This document shows positions 27,201 to 37,800 of a stretch of DNA of 64,000 bases, piece after piece. The translations under genes and the position numbers were made by a program. The notes beneath the pieces were generated by a model that was not told the DNA's origin, searched no databases, and saw only the letters and a list, made by a program, of their open reading frames with translations. The DNA comes from a virus. Positions within the stretch are counted from its first letter, which is position 1, and each line of letters starts with the position of its first letter. Where the stretch lies: positions 12,162 through 76,161 of the IMG/VR virus record IMGVR_UViG_3300025872_000051, one strand, 5' to 3'.

Positions 27201-30200
27201 TATTGGTATTGGAAGTACTTATTTTGGAGTTGGAATAGGGACCACTAATAAATTACCATCTGAGGTATATGTAATTAAAATTGACGAGAATACTATTAAA
27301 TTGGCAAGAAATGCCGAAGATGCTCTTAGATTAATACCAAAAGCATTAGAAATTACTTCAGTTGGAATTGGTTCTAGTCATTTATTAACCTCAATTAAAC
27401 AAAATGCAAAATCTTTAATTGCAATAGATAATGTAATTCAATCTCCGGTTGTTGGAACTTCAATTACCTCAAAATTAGTTTCTAATTTAACAATTGAAGA
27501 AGATCTTTTATATTCAAGCTCAGTAAATGAATTCTTTATTAACGATTTAATTAAAATTGATGATGAAATAATGAGAGTTGAATCCGTTGGTATTGGAAGT
27601 ACTAACGCAGTTAGAGTGGTCAGACCTTGGGTTGGAACTGCTCTAAGTGACCATTCATCAAATTCAGTTATTACTAAACTGTATGGAAATTATAATATAG
27701 TTGACAATATTTTGAATTTTGTTGATGCTCCATATGGAAATATTCCATTAGGAACATCAACAAATCCCCCAGATGAGCGAGATTGGACTGGTATTTCTAC
27801 CAGTTCATCATTCCACGGAAGAACATTTATGAGATCTGGTGTTGAAGATTCGTCTAATGAGGCATATTATAAAAATTATATTTTTGACGATATTTCGCAT
27901 CAATTTACCACGGGAATTGGAAAAACATTCACAATAACAAGTGAAGGATCAAATATTGAAGATATTTCTTCCGAAAATGCAGTAGTATTAATTAATGAAA
28001 TATTCCAGGAACCGGGACTGAATAATAATTATTCTCTATCAGAGTCCGGTGGAATTATTTCTATTTCTTTTGTGGGATCCGGAACTTCTTTATCTACTGA
28101 TATTAATACATCGGATTTTCCATCAGGTGGTATTATTGTTTCGGTAGGTTCCACCGAAGGATTTGGATATCAACCTTTAGTATCTGCTGGAGGAACTGCT
28201 ACTGTATCAATAGCAGGAACTATATCTGCGATTAGTATTGGAAATAGTGGTTCTGGATATAGAACAGCAATCCAAACTCCATCAGGAATAACTCCAGTTA
28301 CAGTTAGAGTTGGTGTTGCATCAACTACAGTAGGAGTTCCTTCAATTGAATTTATTGGAACCGCATCTGTCAATAATGGAAATATTGTAAGTATTGCCAT
28401 TACAAATCCAGGAACCGGATACACTTCAACAAATCCTCCTTATGTAGTTATTGATCAACCTCTATCATATTCAGATATTCCATTGATTTATAGTTCTTCG
28501 TCTATTGCAGGAATTGGAACTAAAGCAACGGTTGATATAGTAGTAAGTCAAGATTCAAGTGTTATTGACTTTGAAATAAAAAATCTTGGTTATGGGTATA
28601 AAGTTGGAGATATTCTTACAGTTCCATTATCTGGAATTGCAGGAATACCCACAGTTTTCAATTCTACTTTAAGTGAGTTTCAAATTACAGTACAAAGTAT
28701 ATTTAATGATAAGTTTTCTGGATGGTCATTAGGAGAATTACAAGTATTAGATAGTATAGAAAATCTATTTGATGGTAGAAGATCTGTTTTTACTTTGAAA
28801 AATTCTACGGGTCAAATAGTTTCAATATACGCTAAGAAAGGTTCTCCAATTACTATCCAAGATACTCTTCTTGTATTTGTAAATGATATACTTCAAATTC
28901 CGGGAGAAGGATACATTTTCAACGGAGGAAGTAAAATTCAGTTTACAGAGCCCCTTAAGCAGGGAGATACTTGCAAAATATTATTCTATAAAGGAAGTGG
29001 AGAGGGAGTTGACGTAATATTCAGAGATGTAATAGAAACTGTAAAACCGGGAGATGATTTGACTCTAGGTTATGACTCTTATATTGGACAACCTTCTTAC
29101 TTATTAGAAGATCCAAGAGTAGTTACTGATATACTCTCAATAGATACTGTTGAAACTACTCCATACTTTGGTCCCGGAAATACTCCAGATGAAAATCTGA
29201 AGAGACCTGTAGTTTGGTGCCGTCAAACTGAAGATACTTTTATAAATGAACTTGATGTCACTAAAGATAGAATGTTATATGAACCACAAATATACCCATC
29301 AACTTATCTTATAAAATCTGTTGGTATAGGTTCTTCTGTAATTTTTGTAGAGAGTATAAGACCTTTCTTCAACCCACTAAATGAAAACTATAGTTCTTTA
29401 GATTTCCAAAATAAAGTTACTTTTATTTCACAAAATGAAAGAGTATCTGCAAGTGCAACAGCAGTAGTATCTGCTGCAGGAACTATAAGTTCAATTGTAA
29501 TTTCTGATGGTGGTAGTGGTTATTTGACAGCACCAAAAGTATCAATTCAAAATCCAGTCGGTGTTGGTACAACAAATACTACGGCGGTTTCTTTCATAAC
29601 TTCCGGAATAGTTACATCAATAGTAATCACTGGTGTAACGACTGGATATTCTTCAGAAAACCCACCAATGGTATTAGTAGAACCTCCTTCATTTGAAATT
29701 GAGCAAACCAATGTTAGAACTTATTCTGGGGATTTTGGTATTATTAGTGGAATTAAAACTACTTCTGTAGGAGTTGCTTCAACTGGAATAATATTTGAAT
29801 TTGCAATTCCAAATGATTCTTATTTGAGGAATAGTTTAGTATCTTCTTTTACAAATGTAAGTGGAATTCAAACTGGTTATTATTTCACTATTTCTAATTC
29901 TAATGTTGGAAATGGTGTTACTTCCCTGGATTCTTCTGGAAATATTGTTGGAACCTCAAAGAGTTTCCTTGATGGGGTTTATCAAGTTGCTGCAGTTTCT
30001 ATTGCACAAACATCCGTGATTGGACTTGGTATTACTGATGTTGCTAGAGTTACTGTTAGCGTATCTGGATACAATGGTTTATCTGGAATTGGTTATAGTT
30101 CTTATTATGGAAACTACAGTTGGGGTAGAATTGTTCTCAAATCAAGATCTAAGCAAATAGAATATGATGCTTATACTAATGATGGATACGTTGGAATTTC

Positions 30201-30258
30201 TACAGGAACAATCTTAAACAGAAGCGTTCCTCTCAAATACTTAAATTACAGTTCATAA
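18268..30258 (+). CDS. gp7: giant baseplate wedge initiator (gp7-like) with repeated beta-rich domains
   Basis: N-terminal NQLP.YV.E.FP..EFLKQYY and FY..RGT..SFKILF..LYGE; internal HTAGFKKF; located between gp6 and gp8. Confidence 0.75.
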   Translation: MTENRIKFNNILQNQLPQYVREEFPLVAEFLKQYYVSKEFQSAPDDIIQNIDRYIKLDTIKSNQDSTELTQDVSFLDETIFVSSTIGFPDSYGLIQIDDEIITYTGKTNTSFTGCIRGFSGVTSYDNPNQQDELTFNSSESSDHSENTLVINLSSLFLKEFFDKIKYQLSPGFENREFYSGLDKYLFIKQSKDFYSTRGTDLSFKILFKALYGEDVKVIKPQDYLIKPSDAEYQITNDLVVLPVSGDPYDLVRSTLRQDEYNNIPTGYAPISKVQQITSKSNKSYYKISFDAGYNKDIGFDGSLYGNFSVHPKTRNIGEISSGADTIDVDSTVGFPSEGELSVTYADGTEGIITYTSKNLNQFFGCSNISNTILDASDIWLNVFAYGISNKNSNETIKVRITAVLRDTNIIGDTYYQGVGDNGIVKTLGVNDESVVYDNWFYNVSTIIDIDSVELVDSSNFTYSLTSKINHNFKLGDTLEITSSDSTKILSTVTRINSDTNFEISDQGTLGDVEVLYYSVRRILSKATSSSYSTISNQISNVQSVYKDGQKTLIAASSLPYYYETPLNPSNRSVTFNVGVGITDTFLIQNHGFYTGDSVYYTSSENIDDGSLFNNGVYFVYRVTKDKLKFSQSRSNLYNSIFIEVENILEVKNNKIQDVNLHSKNLSSQNILREISPTINDGNEYVTNSGHVGLLINGVEILNYKSSDKIYYGPIESIDIVSGGVNYDVINPPELVISDSVGTGATGYCSVLGSLQEIKIIDPGFDYLETPTIKISGGNGEGAKASASLKLIDHQVTFSSESKSNLVNISNDSIGFSTYHKFRNAEKIIYKTNGQQAIGGIVTNSSYYVSIPDLYTVKLHNTYDDALSGINTVSLTSYGKGNHVIEAYIKKSVISQINVEDSGSGYENKRRTTDTTGISTSLCQVNIKDHDFKSGEIITYSTTGSAIGGLQNNKNYYITKVDNDNFKLSTVGISTGNEDFYYKTKQYIQFSSFGTGTHTFNYPNISVEVIGKVGTYSTNDLLFKAQIQPIFRGEITSIHLKSGGIGYGSSEVINFNREPSIDLSSGSNAQLIPIINNGKIEEVFVNNPGQDYNSPPRLRILTAGNGSGAILTPIIEDGEIKSVKIVESGVSYDKNNTSIEVTSAGNGVKFSTKLKTWTINLFERYKNNFLNGLDDGFIYNNPRSKYGLQYSHLYAPRKLRESVYGKDSLGKTFYEFSDLKKVNGSEVNSDKHSPIIGWAYDGNPIYGPYGYEKKDGTGNIVQLKSGYSTKTGTNLLKNRPPLNIFPSGFFIEDYEFKNKDSENILDEYNGRFCITPEFPNGTYAYFSTFEETSSNNFSKYKLPKFPYIIGNKFRSKPNDFNYKRSSNQNDIDLNNTNWIRNTKPYNLLEKYSSYSYLSLPNSLNQTIDIKSISPGYVETIEIISGGNNYKVNDNIIFDNEGTGGFGLFSKVSRIAGKTINTISVASSSIFNTEIYKNGFETIVQSSSPHNLLNQDIVSISGLNTTSSLLNGFYNINVRSNTLAISSPSGISSSLTTGIVTFISVFGNISAVSVNDIYKVGDEKVKVLNIDKDSSRIRVLRGIDNTVGTSHSYTDILYEIPRRFSINSTIDLPHPSNKQIYFIPNESLGIGTVSGVGIGTTIKFSNPGVGITQIFIPTRSIYLPNHNLNTGDEIIYSSNGGTEISISIDGITSLSLQNDERLYAAKISNDLIGISTVKVGIGTTGSFVGIGSTLSSSRLLYLTGIGTGLYHSFTTNYQTLSGKVLKNIVTVSTAETHGLTNNDVVYMNVNPGISTTYVIKYNDYNRKLLVNPREFESTQVNIDTDLVNIPNHNFKNGQKVVYTQTSSFNGLTNNKIYYVVVYDENNIRLSSSYYSSKSLYPEIVGITSTHGGILSPINPQIKAYKDSTIVFDVSDPTLSYVTNSEIYSAFKLDFYQDSNFTQIFESTKKDDTFEVRREGIVGTSNAKVYLTINQDIPEKLYYKLNPIYNSTLPKVKQEINVDNEIEFNNQIEVVSSKYNGKHTIVSISSSSFTYSLPDIPEKNSYDSSSSLSYETTSLSAFGPISKIDISSKGQNYKNQPKFLNILSESGSNAILESFGKSIGKIKKTEINDIGFDFSSDFTVKPSLSLPQILKIEPLNSIESIRIEFNGRGYLVPPKLIVIDGFTEDVLSEVDLKYSLGDNYVTILNNTYRLNDVEPTILPLQNSNGVPIDTIEYDSITKDVIVTLAVGFSTGNTFPFVIGDEVLIESVSIGAGSTGKGYNSENYNYKLFTVTSTDENIGGIGSVTYNMSEFLGGGEEPGIFDASNSSAARIIPKKYFPTFKTTLSPNNFLEKESVKYVGESDILGLVENWDEKTKYLRVSSRKTLKEGKTIQGVSSKTQGIINSSYSTEAFFDVGSYSKVESGWITDTGILNTELQRIQDSFYYQNFSYSLSSRVPYDTWDNAVGSLNHTAGFKKFSDYQLESSSYAGIKTDTTRNVDVTVDIDGFGSLNCTYDFDLASENALFVGQNVISDEITFSSRILTDYYESVSNRVLTIDDISGQFNSNPRSTRYSIVHRFPLTDARAQKYVSYVNDRRFTKQRQVMIFTLLHDNVDGYLNQYGRVETVNELGTFDFTIEGNEGLILFYPQKYRVNDYNITTLSYNIKDDFTGIGSTNLGGIIDLYTKTTSSSSSQTNIVSIGKTYTSAKVLLEISSDDNQYQFDELNIVHDNTNIEFISYGQLTNHSVDSFSSSGLGTYYPYFSGDTLNIDFIPNPGIAASVSTIQVAISDNSRTGIGTFDLKYVRLEARTTSIGSSTSPVSTQVGKYLNSYYGSYFIVQISDLTNNRYQLSEVVVVDDGTNAYFTEYANIETYSTLGEIGAAKTTGYTELTFTPLPNIDVEVKVLSHTLTSYDSSNLPTQYNNNTLTSDYGIYYGTERDVRRSFELKHKGDPIFQKYFDASDSNIVSIGSSTIKIKNHFLTTGEKVIYTPGDISGISSAIGIGSTYFGVGIGTTNKLPSEVYVIKIDENTIKLARNAEDALRLIPKALEITSVGIGSSHLLTSIKQNAKSLIAIDNVIQSPVVGTSITSKLVSNLTIEEDLLYSSSVNEFFINDLIKIDDEIMRVESVGIGSTNAVRVVRPWVGTALSDHSSNSVITKLYGNYNIVDNILNFVDAPYGNIPLGTSTNPPDERDWTGISTSSSFHGRTFMRSGVEDSSNEAYYKNYIFDDISHQFTTGIGKTFTITSEGSNIEDISSENAVVLINEIFQEPGLNNNYSLSESGGIISISFVGSGTSLSTDINTSDFPSGGIIVSVGSTEGFGYQPLVSAGGTATVSIAGTISAISIGNSGSGYRTAIQTPSGITPVTVRVGVASTTVGVPSIEFIGTASVNNGNIVSIAITNPGTGYTSTNPPYVVIDQPLSYSDIPLIYSSSSIAGIGTKATVDIVVSQDSSVIDFEIKNLGYGYKVGDILTVPLSGIAGIPTVFNSTLSEFQITVQSIFNDKFSGWSLGELQVLDSIENLFDGRRSVFTLKNSTGQIVSIYAKKGSPITIQDTLLVFVNDILQIPGEGYIFNGGSKIQFTEPLKQGDTCKILFYKGSGEGVDVIFRDVIETVKPGDDLTLGYDSYIGQPSYLLEDPRVVTDILSIDTVETTPYFGPGNTPDENLKRPVVWCRQTEDTFINELDVTKDRMLYEPQIYPSTYLIKSVGIGSSVIFVESIRPFFNPLNENYSSLDFQNKVTFISQNERVSASATAVVSAAGTISSIVISDGGSGYLTAPKVSIQNPVGVGTTNTTAVSFITSGIVTSIVITGVTTGYSSENPPMVLVEPPSFEIEQTNVRTYSGDFGIISGIKTTSVGVASTGIIFEFAIPNDSYLRNSLVSSFTNVSGIQTGYYFTISNSNVGNGVTSLDSSGNIVGTSKSFLDGVYQVAAVSIAQTSVIGLGITDVARVTVSVSGYNGLSGIGYSSYYGNYSWGRIVLKSRSKQIEYDAYTNDGYVGISTGTILNRSVPLKYLNYSS

Positions 30259-30278
30259 ATAAATAAAAAACTTAGAAA

Positions 30279-31826
30279 ATGTCAGCAATTATAACTGATC
30301 AAATTAGAATTTTAAACGCCAAAAATTTTATTTCTGGCGTTACAACTTCTTCAAATTCGTATTATGTATTTGTAGGATTACCTAACTCTAATGAGGTTAG
30401 TGAAGATTGGGATACTTCTCCTCCTTCTCCAAGAGATAGTTTTGACGAGGAGAATGGTTATTGGGATACTATGATTGCTTTAAAAAAAATTAAGTCATCT
30501 GATGTTTGTCAGGTAGTTCCAAAGAGAATTTGGGAGTCCGGCAATAAGTATGATTATTATCGCCATGATTATAGCAGATCAAATCTAGCAGGAATTTCAA
30601 GCGCAACTAGCTTGTATTCGTCAACATATTATGTAATGAATAGTGATTATAGAGTTTATATTTGCCTCCAAAATGGTACTGATCCGGATAACCAATCCGG
30701 CAAACCTTCTTTGGATGAACCAACTTTTGTTGATTTAGAACCAAGAGCTGCTGGAACAAGTGGAGATGGATATATATGGAAATATCTTTACACTATTAAA
30801 CCAAGTGATGTTGTTAAATTTGAATCAACTGATTTTATGCCAGTTCCTTTAAATTGGGAAACTAGCGTTGAGCACTCTGCAATAAGAAATAATGCAGTTG
30901 ATGGTTCGATTAAAACAATAATTATTAAAAATAGAGGTGTTGGCGTAGGAGATGCAAATAAAACTTATACAAGGATACCAATCAAAGGAGATGGTACTGG
31001 TGCGGAATGTACAATAGTAATAAACAATGATCAACAAGTAGAATCTATTACAGTATCTAATCAAGGTTCTGGATACACTTATGGTAGTGTTGATCTATCT
31101 GCGATACCAACAGGATCAACTCAACCATCATTTGATGTAATAATTTCACCTAAAGGTGGACACGGATATGACATTTATAGAGAACTTGGTGCATATCACG
31201 TATTACTTTATTCTAGGTTAGAAAATGACGTAGAAAATCCAGATTTTATAACGGGAAATCAAATTTCCAGAATAGGAATAGTAGAAAATCCAAAGGCATA
31301 CGAATCTTCGCAGATACTGAATATTGATAAGGCAAGTGCTGCATATGCAATAAGATTAACAGGAGCAGGATATAGTTCTGCATCTTTTTCTCCCGATTCT
31401 CTGATTACGCAAACAATAGGAACAGGAATAACCGCTTCCGGTAAAGTAATTAGTTATGATTCAAATACTGGAGTTTTAAAATATTGGCAGGATAGATCTT
31501 TGGCAGGATTTAACACAGTAGGAGTTGCAATAACTAATCCTCAATTTGGATATGATTTGATAGAATTTACTTCAACCCCGTCTACTGGTGGTAGTTTAGT
31601 AATTACAGGGAATACCGGTGCAACATTATCAATAAGTACTTCATTTTCAGGTATATCCACAGTAATAAATAATAGAACATACTACCTTGGACAATCATTT
31701 TCAAGCGGACTATCAAATCCAGAAGTTAAAAAGTATTCTGGAAATATAATTTATGTTGATAATAGACCCGCAATAACAAGATCAATTAACCAAAAAGAAG
31801 ATATTAAAGTCATTTTGCAGTTTTAA
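30279..31826 (+). CDS. gp8: baseplate wedge subunit gp8
   Basis: YYVMNSDYRVYICL.N, DGYIWKYLYTI, SG.IIYVDNR...EDIKVILQF. Confidence 0.93.
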   Translation: MSAIITDQIRILNAKNFISGVTTSSNSYYVFVGLPNSNEVSEDWDTSPPSPRDSFDEENGYWDTMIALKKIKSSDVCQVVPKRIWESGNKYDYYRHDYSRSNLAGISSATSLYSSTYYVMNSDYRVYICLQNGTDPDNQSGKPSLDEPTFVDLEPRAAGTSGDGYIWKYLYTIKPSDVVKFESTDFMPVPLNWETSVEHSAIRNNAVDGSIKTIIIKNRGVGVGDANKTYTRIPIKGDGTGAECTIVINNDQQVESITVSNQGSGYTYGSVDLSAIPTGSTQPSFDVIISPKGGHGYDIYRELGAYHVLLYSRLENDVENPDFITGNQISRIGIVENPKAYESSQILNIDKASAAYAIRLTGAGYSSASFSPDSLITQTIGTGITASGKVISYDSNTGVLKYWQDRSLAGFNTVGVAITNPQFGYDLIEFTSTPSTGGSLVITGNTGATLSISTSFSGISTVINNRTYYLGQSFSSGLSNPEVKKYSGNIIYVDNRPAITRSINQKEDIKVILQF

Positions 31827-31832
31827 AGAATT

Positions 31833-34800
31833 ATGTCCCAAGTCACCAATCTCAACGTATCGCCATATTTTGACGATTTTGATGCAAACAATGACTATTA
31901 TAAAGTACTTTTTAAACCTGGATATCCTGTTCAAGCAAGAGAATTAACAACCCTTCAATCAATTCTACAAAACCAAATTGAAAAATTTGGACAAAATATA
32001 TTTAAAGAGGGTGCAAAAGTTATTCCCGGAAATACAACATATAACCAATTATATTATGCAGTTGAATTAAATAATACTTACTTGGGCGTTCCTATAGATG
32101 CTTACGTTGATCAACTTGTTGGTTCAAAAGTCACTGGTCAAACATCTGGGGTTAGTGCAGTCGTAAATAGCGTTTTATTGTCCGGAGATTCTGAGAGAGA
32201 AAATGTAACTTTATATGTGAGTTATTTAAATTCTAGCACATTAAATAATTCAACCTCTCAATTTCTAGACGGAGAAAATTTATATTCTGATGTAAATATT
32301 TCATCTGGATTACTTGGAAATAATCTAATTGCTGCAGGATCACCATTTGCAATTACGATATCATCTAATTGCAATTCAACAGGATCTTCATTCTCTATTT
32401 CAAGTGGAGTATATTTTATACGAGGTTATTTTGTAAATGTAAACTCGGAGACTTTAATTCTCGATCAGTACTCAAATAGACCCAATTATAGAGTTGGTCT
32501 ATACATTAATGAGGAAATAATAAATTCAGATATTGATGAAGCACTAACAGATAATTCTCAAGGATTTAATAATTATGCAGCACCTGGAGCAGATAGATTA
32601 AAAATTTCAACATCTTTATTTAAAAAAAGTTTAGATGATTTTAATGATAATAATTTCGTGGAACTAGCAGTAATTAGAGATGGGGTTCTACAATCAATAA
32701 ACTCTAATACTGAATATAATTTAATTAGAGATGAACTTGCAAGGAGAACTTACGCGGAATCTGGAGATTATTGCGTAACTCCGTTTGATGTAAGTGTTAA
32801 AGAATCTTTAAATGATGGATTAGGAAATAGAGGAATATTTAATTCAAATCAATTTACTTATGGAGGTTCCATACCTTCAGACGATTTAGCAATTTATCAA
32901 ATATCTCCAGGTAAAGCATTTGTAAGAGGATATGAAATAGAAACTATTTCGCCGGTATTTTTAGATGTTAGAAAACCAAGAACAACTACGAGACTTGAAA
33001 ATATTGCGGTTAATTATAATACAGGATCCACTTTTAAATTAAATACCGTTTATGGTTCTCCAGTAATTGGTATTGGAAATACATATGTATTGAGTTTAAG
33101 GGATCAAAGAGTTGGAGTTTCATCGTCAACTGCTGCAGGTAAAGAAATAGGAGTCGCTAGAGTTTACGATTTTAGATTAGAATCTGGTTCATATGATTCG
33201 GATAATCCCAAATTAAATAGGTGGGATATATCACTCTACGATATACAAACGACAACTGAAATAACTTTAAATGAACCAATAACTTTATCAACACCAAAAT
33301 TTATTAAAGGAAAAAATAGCGGAGCAACAGCATTTCTTAAGGATTCAGTATCTAATAGTAATACAATCACTGTTTATCAAAAAAATGGAGATTTTGTTCC
33401 TTTTGAATCATTTATAATTGATGGTATTGATAATACTAGAGTTGCAGTTGCAGTTACTTCTTATTCAGTTTCTGATGTAAAATCTGTTTATGGAATTGTA
33501 GGTACTTCTAAAACTTTTTCTGCCAATACTATTCAAACCGATTCACTTTTTGTTGGAATAGCATCTATTAGTGGATCAAGTTCAGGTATTAGTACAGTAG
33601 TTAGTACTAATCTTTATTTTTCGGAAAAAGTAGTTAAAGTTGGAAATATTGTAAAATATAGTAATGACTTAGGATCTGATCCAGTGTATGCAAGAGTTGA
33701 AAGTGTTAATGAAGATTCTATAACAATTTCTGGAGTAACTACAGTTTCGGGTATAAACCAAGGAGGACTTTCCACAAGTGTAACTAGAGTAACAGACCTT
33801 ACTATTTTAGATACTACTCTTTCCCCATCAACTGATGATACTTTATACACTGCTTTACCAAAACCTTTTGTAGAATCTTTAGATTTAACTGATGCCTCTT
33901 TAACTATTAGAAAGACCTATGATGTAGTTATTAGTGGAAATCAATTAAATACTGCCGTTTCTGCAGGTTCCAATGAAACATTTTTACCATTTGACGAAGA
34001 AAGATATACTTTAATTAATTCCAATGGAACTACAGAAATTTTAACAGAAGATAAGTTTGATTTTATTGATGGTGGAAAACAACTTCAAATTTACAATCTC
34101 CAATCAAGTGGAAATGCAACCTTAGTAACTACATTAAAAAAATTAAAACCAAAATCAAAAATTAAATTACTTAATAAAGTTTCATCAATTGTAATTGATA
34201 AATCAAAAAATTCTGCATCGGGTGTAGGTGGAACAACTTTAAATGATGGATTAGCATTTGGAAATTATGCTTATGGAACAAGAGTTCAAGATGAAAATAT
34301 ATCCATTAATGTTCCGGATATAATTAAAATTCTAGCAGTTTATGAATCTAAGGACACTTCAACTCCATCTGCTCCAACTTTAATATTATCATCAATAAAT
34401 GGACCAACAACAAAAACTGGTGATTTATTAATTGGAGAAAAATTTATAGGTCAACTAAGTGGAGCAATAGGATTATATGCAGAAAGAATAACGGATTCTC
34501 AAGTATCATATATTCCATTAAACGATGTTTCATTAAAAGAAGGCGAAACGATTACATTTTATGATTCAAAAATTCAGGCAGTAATTACCACCATAAACTC
34601 CCCAAGTTTTAACGTTTCTCAAAACTTTACTTTTAATAATGGACAAAAAGGATCTTTTTATGATTATGGAGTTTTAAATAGAAAATCTTCTATAGCAGAA
34701 CCAACAAGAAAGTTAAAAATATATTATTCTAGTGCATATTACCAAAGTTCTGATGATGGAGATATCACAACTATTCAATCTTATCAAGGATTTGATTACA

Positions 34801-37800
34801 AAGATGACATTCAATCAATAGGTTCTTTTAGAAATTCTGATATAATTGATATTAGACCAAGAGTTTCAAACTATACGGTTTTGCCAAATTTAAGATCTCC
34901 TCTTGAATTTTATGGTAGAACATTTGATTCATCTGGCAATTCATCTGCTAATATTTTAGCATCAGATGAGTCAATAATTACATCTTTTAATTATTATCTC
35001 GGAAGGATTGATAGTGTTTTTCTACGTAAAGATGGCACGTTCCAAGTTCAATATGGATCTCCATCAGAAAAACCAGAAAAACCCGTTGTATTAGATGATT
35101 CTCTAGAAATATCCACAATAACTCTTCCACCATATCTTTTTGATACATCTCAAGCGTCTATTAAGTTTTTAGACCATAAGAGATATAGAATGTCTGATAT
35201 TAAACAGCTTGAAGATCGCATTAAAAATCTAGAATATTACACTTCCCTGTCTTTATTAGAATCAAATACTGCCAATTTATTTGTTTCAGATTCTAATGGT
35301 TTGAATAGATTTAAATCGGGTTTTTTTGTTGATAATTTTACAACATTTAATTCTCAAGAGACATTCATTCCCATAGAAAATAGTATAGATGTCTTGAATA
35401 AAGAACTAAGACCAAAACATTATACTACATCAATAGATTTAATTCCCGGTCCAGTTGAAGGAGTTAGTTCACAAACTGATACTTTATTCCAAGTTCCCGA
35501 AGGAATTAATATAAGAAAAACCGGAGATATTATCACCCTTGATTACTCTGAAACAGAGTTTATAAAACAATCTACTGCAACTAGAACTGAAAATGTCACT
35601 CCCTTTGTGATTAATTTTTGGGCAGGAAAACTTGAATTAACACCTTCATCCGATACTTGGGTCGATACGGTTCGTATAGATCCAAAAATTACAACTACTG
35701 AAGGAGATTATTCCTCAGTAATGGCAATAGCATCTCAATATTTTAATGTTGATCCACAGATAGGTTATGCACCAACCGTTTGGGGTTCTTGGGAAACTAA
35801 TTGGACTGGTAGAGATGTTATAGAAACTACAAAACTGCGAACGGATAAAAAAGAATTTAGTTATAATTATGGTTGGTTTGGATATCATTGGACTGATGGT
35901 ATTTGGGGAAGACGTTATTCGGGAACTAATACAACTACTACTACTGGTGTCTTTGAAGATCTTTATAGGGAAACTATATTAACAGGAACAGCGACCAGAA
36001 CAGGAACTACAACTTTAGTTTCTGAACAATTTAATAATACTTCACTTGGCGATAAAGTAATTAATAGAGATTTAGTTCAGTATGTAAGATCAAGAAATGT
36101 TCAATTCATAGGTAAAAACATAAAACCACTCACTCAGGTTTATGCTTTCTTTGATGGAGTAGATGTAACAAAATATTGTGTTCCAAAACTTTTAGAAATC
36201 AGTATGATTTCTGGAGTTTTTGAGGTTGGAGAAACTGTTATAGGTTCTCCACTCACAAGAACTGCAGGATCACCGTCAATAACATTTAGAGTTGCTCAGT
36301 CAAATCATAAAGAAGGTCCATATAATAATCCAACATCAACTTATTCATTAAATCCTTATACTAACCAATCAATTTCTTCTGCTTATTCTTCCGCAAGTAA
36401 TCATTTAAATATAGATACTTTTTCACTATCCTCACAATATCAAGGTGAGTATAGTGGGTGGGTTGAATCTGGAATGAACCTTGTAGGACAAACAAGTGGT
36501 GCTACAGCAACAATTACTAGCGTTAGATTAATTACTGATAATCAATTGTTTGTGGCTGGATCTTTTTATATTCCAGACCCAAATATAATAACAAATCCAA
36601 AATTTGAAACTGGTACAAAGACATTTTCACTGATAAACAATTCGATTAATAATAGAAATCTTGCATCAACTATATCAGATACAAATTATGAGGCAAGTGG
36701 ATTAATAGAAACAGTACAGGAAGAAATTATTTCCACAAGAAATGCAACTATAGAGGCAAGGGAAGAAGTTCAAACAGAAAATGTTTCTCAGTCTCAGGGA
36801 AATGTTCTAGTAAGTAGTACACTAATATCAGAGACTAGTGTAAGTAGAAACAACTCTCGTCCATATGGTTGCTTTGGATATACTGATCCTTTAGCACAAT
36901 CATTCCTAGTTCAAAATTCTCTTCAAGATGTAAATAGATTGAGTGGGGTATTTATTACTAGATGTGATTTATTCTTTAAAACTAAAGATGAAAACGGAGT
37001 ACCTGCTTGGGTTCAGATAAGAACTATGCAAAATGGATATCCATCCCAAACTATAGTTCCATTTTCAGAAGTTATTTTATCTCCAGAATCTATTAATCTA
37101 TCCAATGATGGTTCAGTTTCTACTCCTGTTGTATTTAATTCCCCAGTTTACTTGGAAGGAGGAAAAGAATATGCGATTGTTGTAGGTTCTAATTCAAGCA
37201 ATTATAATGTGTTTATATCAAGGGTTGGAGAAAATGATTTATTAACACAATCTTATATCTCAAACCAACCATATCTTGGATCACTATTTAAGTCCCAAAA
37301 CGCTTCTACTTGGGAAGCAAGTCAGTTTGAAGATCTTAAGTTCACTCTTTATAGAGCAAACTTTGTTTCATCTGGAACTGTTGAATTCTATAATCCAGAA
37401 TTAACTCCCGGAAATTCCCAAGTTGCAACTTTAATGCCAAATTCTTTGAAATTGAATTCAAGAAAAATTAGAGTAGGAATAACAACATATTTAAATGACT
37501 CTTCCTTGAAGTTAGGAAATACAATTTTACTGCAGGGAACTAACGGAACAGGTAACTATGTAGGAAATGCAGGAATCGCAACTGGTTCTTTGCAAGTAAT
37601 AAATCCGGGAATTGGATATACGCCTTCACTGGGTAGTTATACATTCAATAACGTTCAATTGGTTCCAGTAACTGGAAATGGAAGAGATGCTACAGCAAAT
37701 GTTACTATTTCAAATGGGGTTGCTATAGCTGCTACAATTGTAAATTCTGGAAATGGATATCAAGTTGGTGATGTTTTAGGAATTACAACTATAGGAGCAA

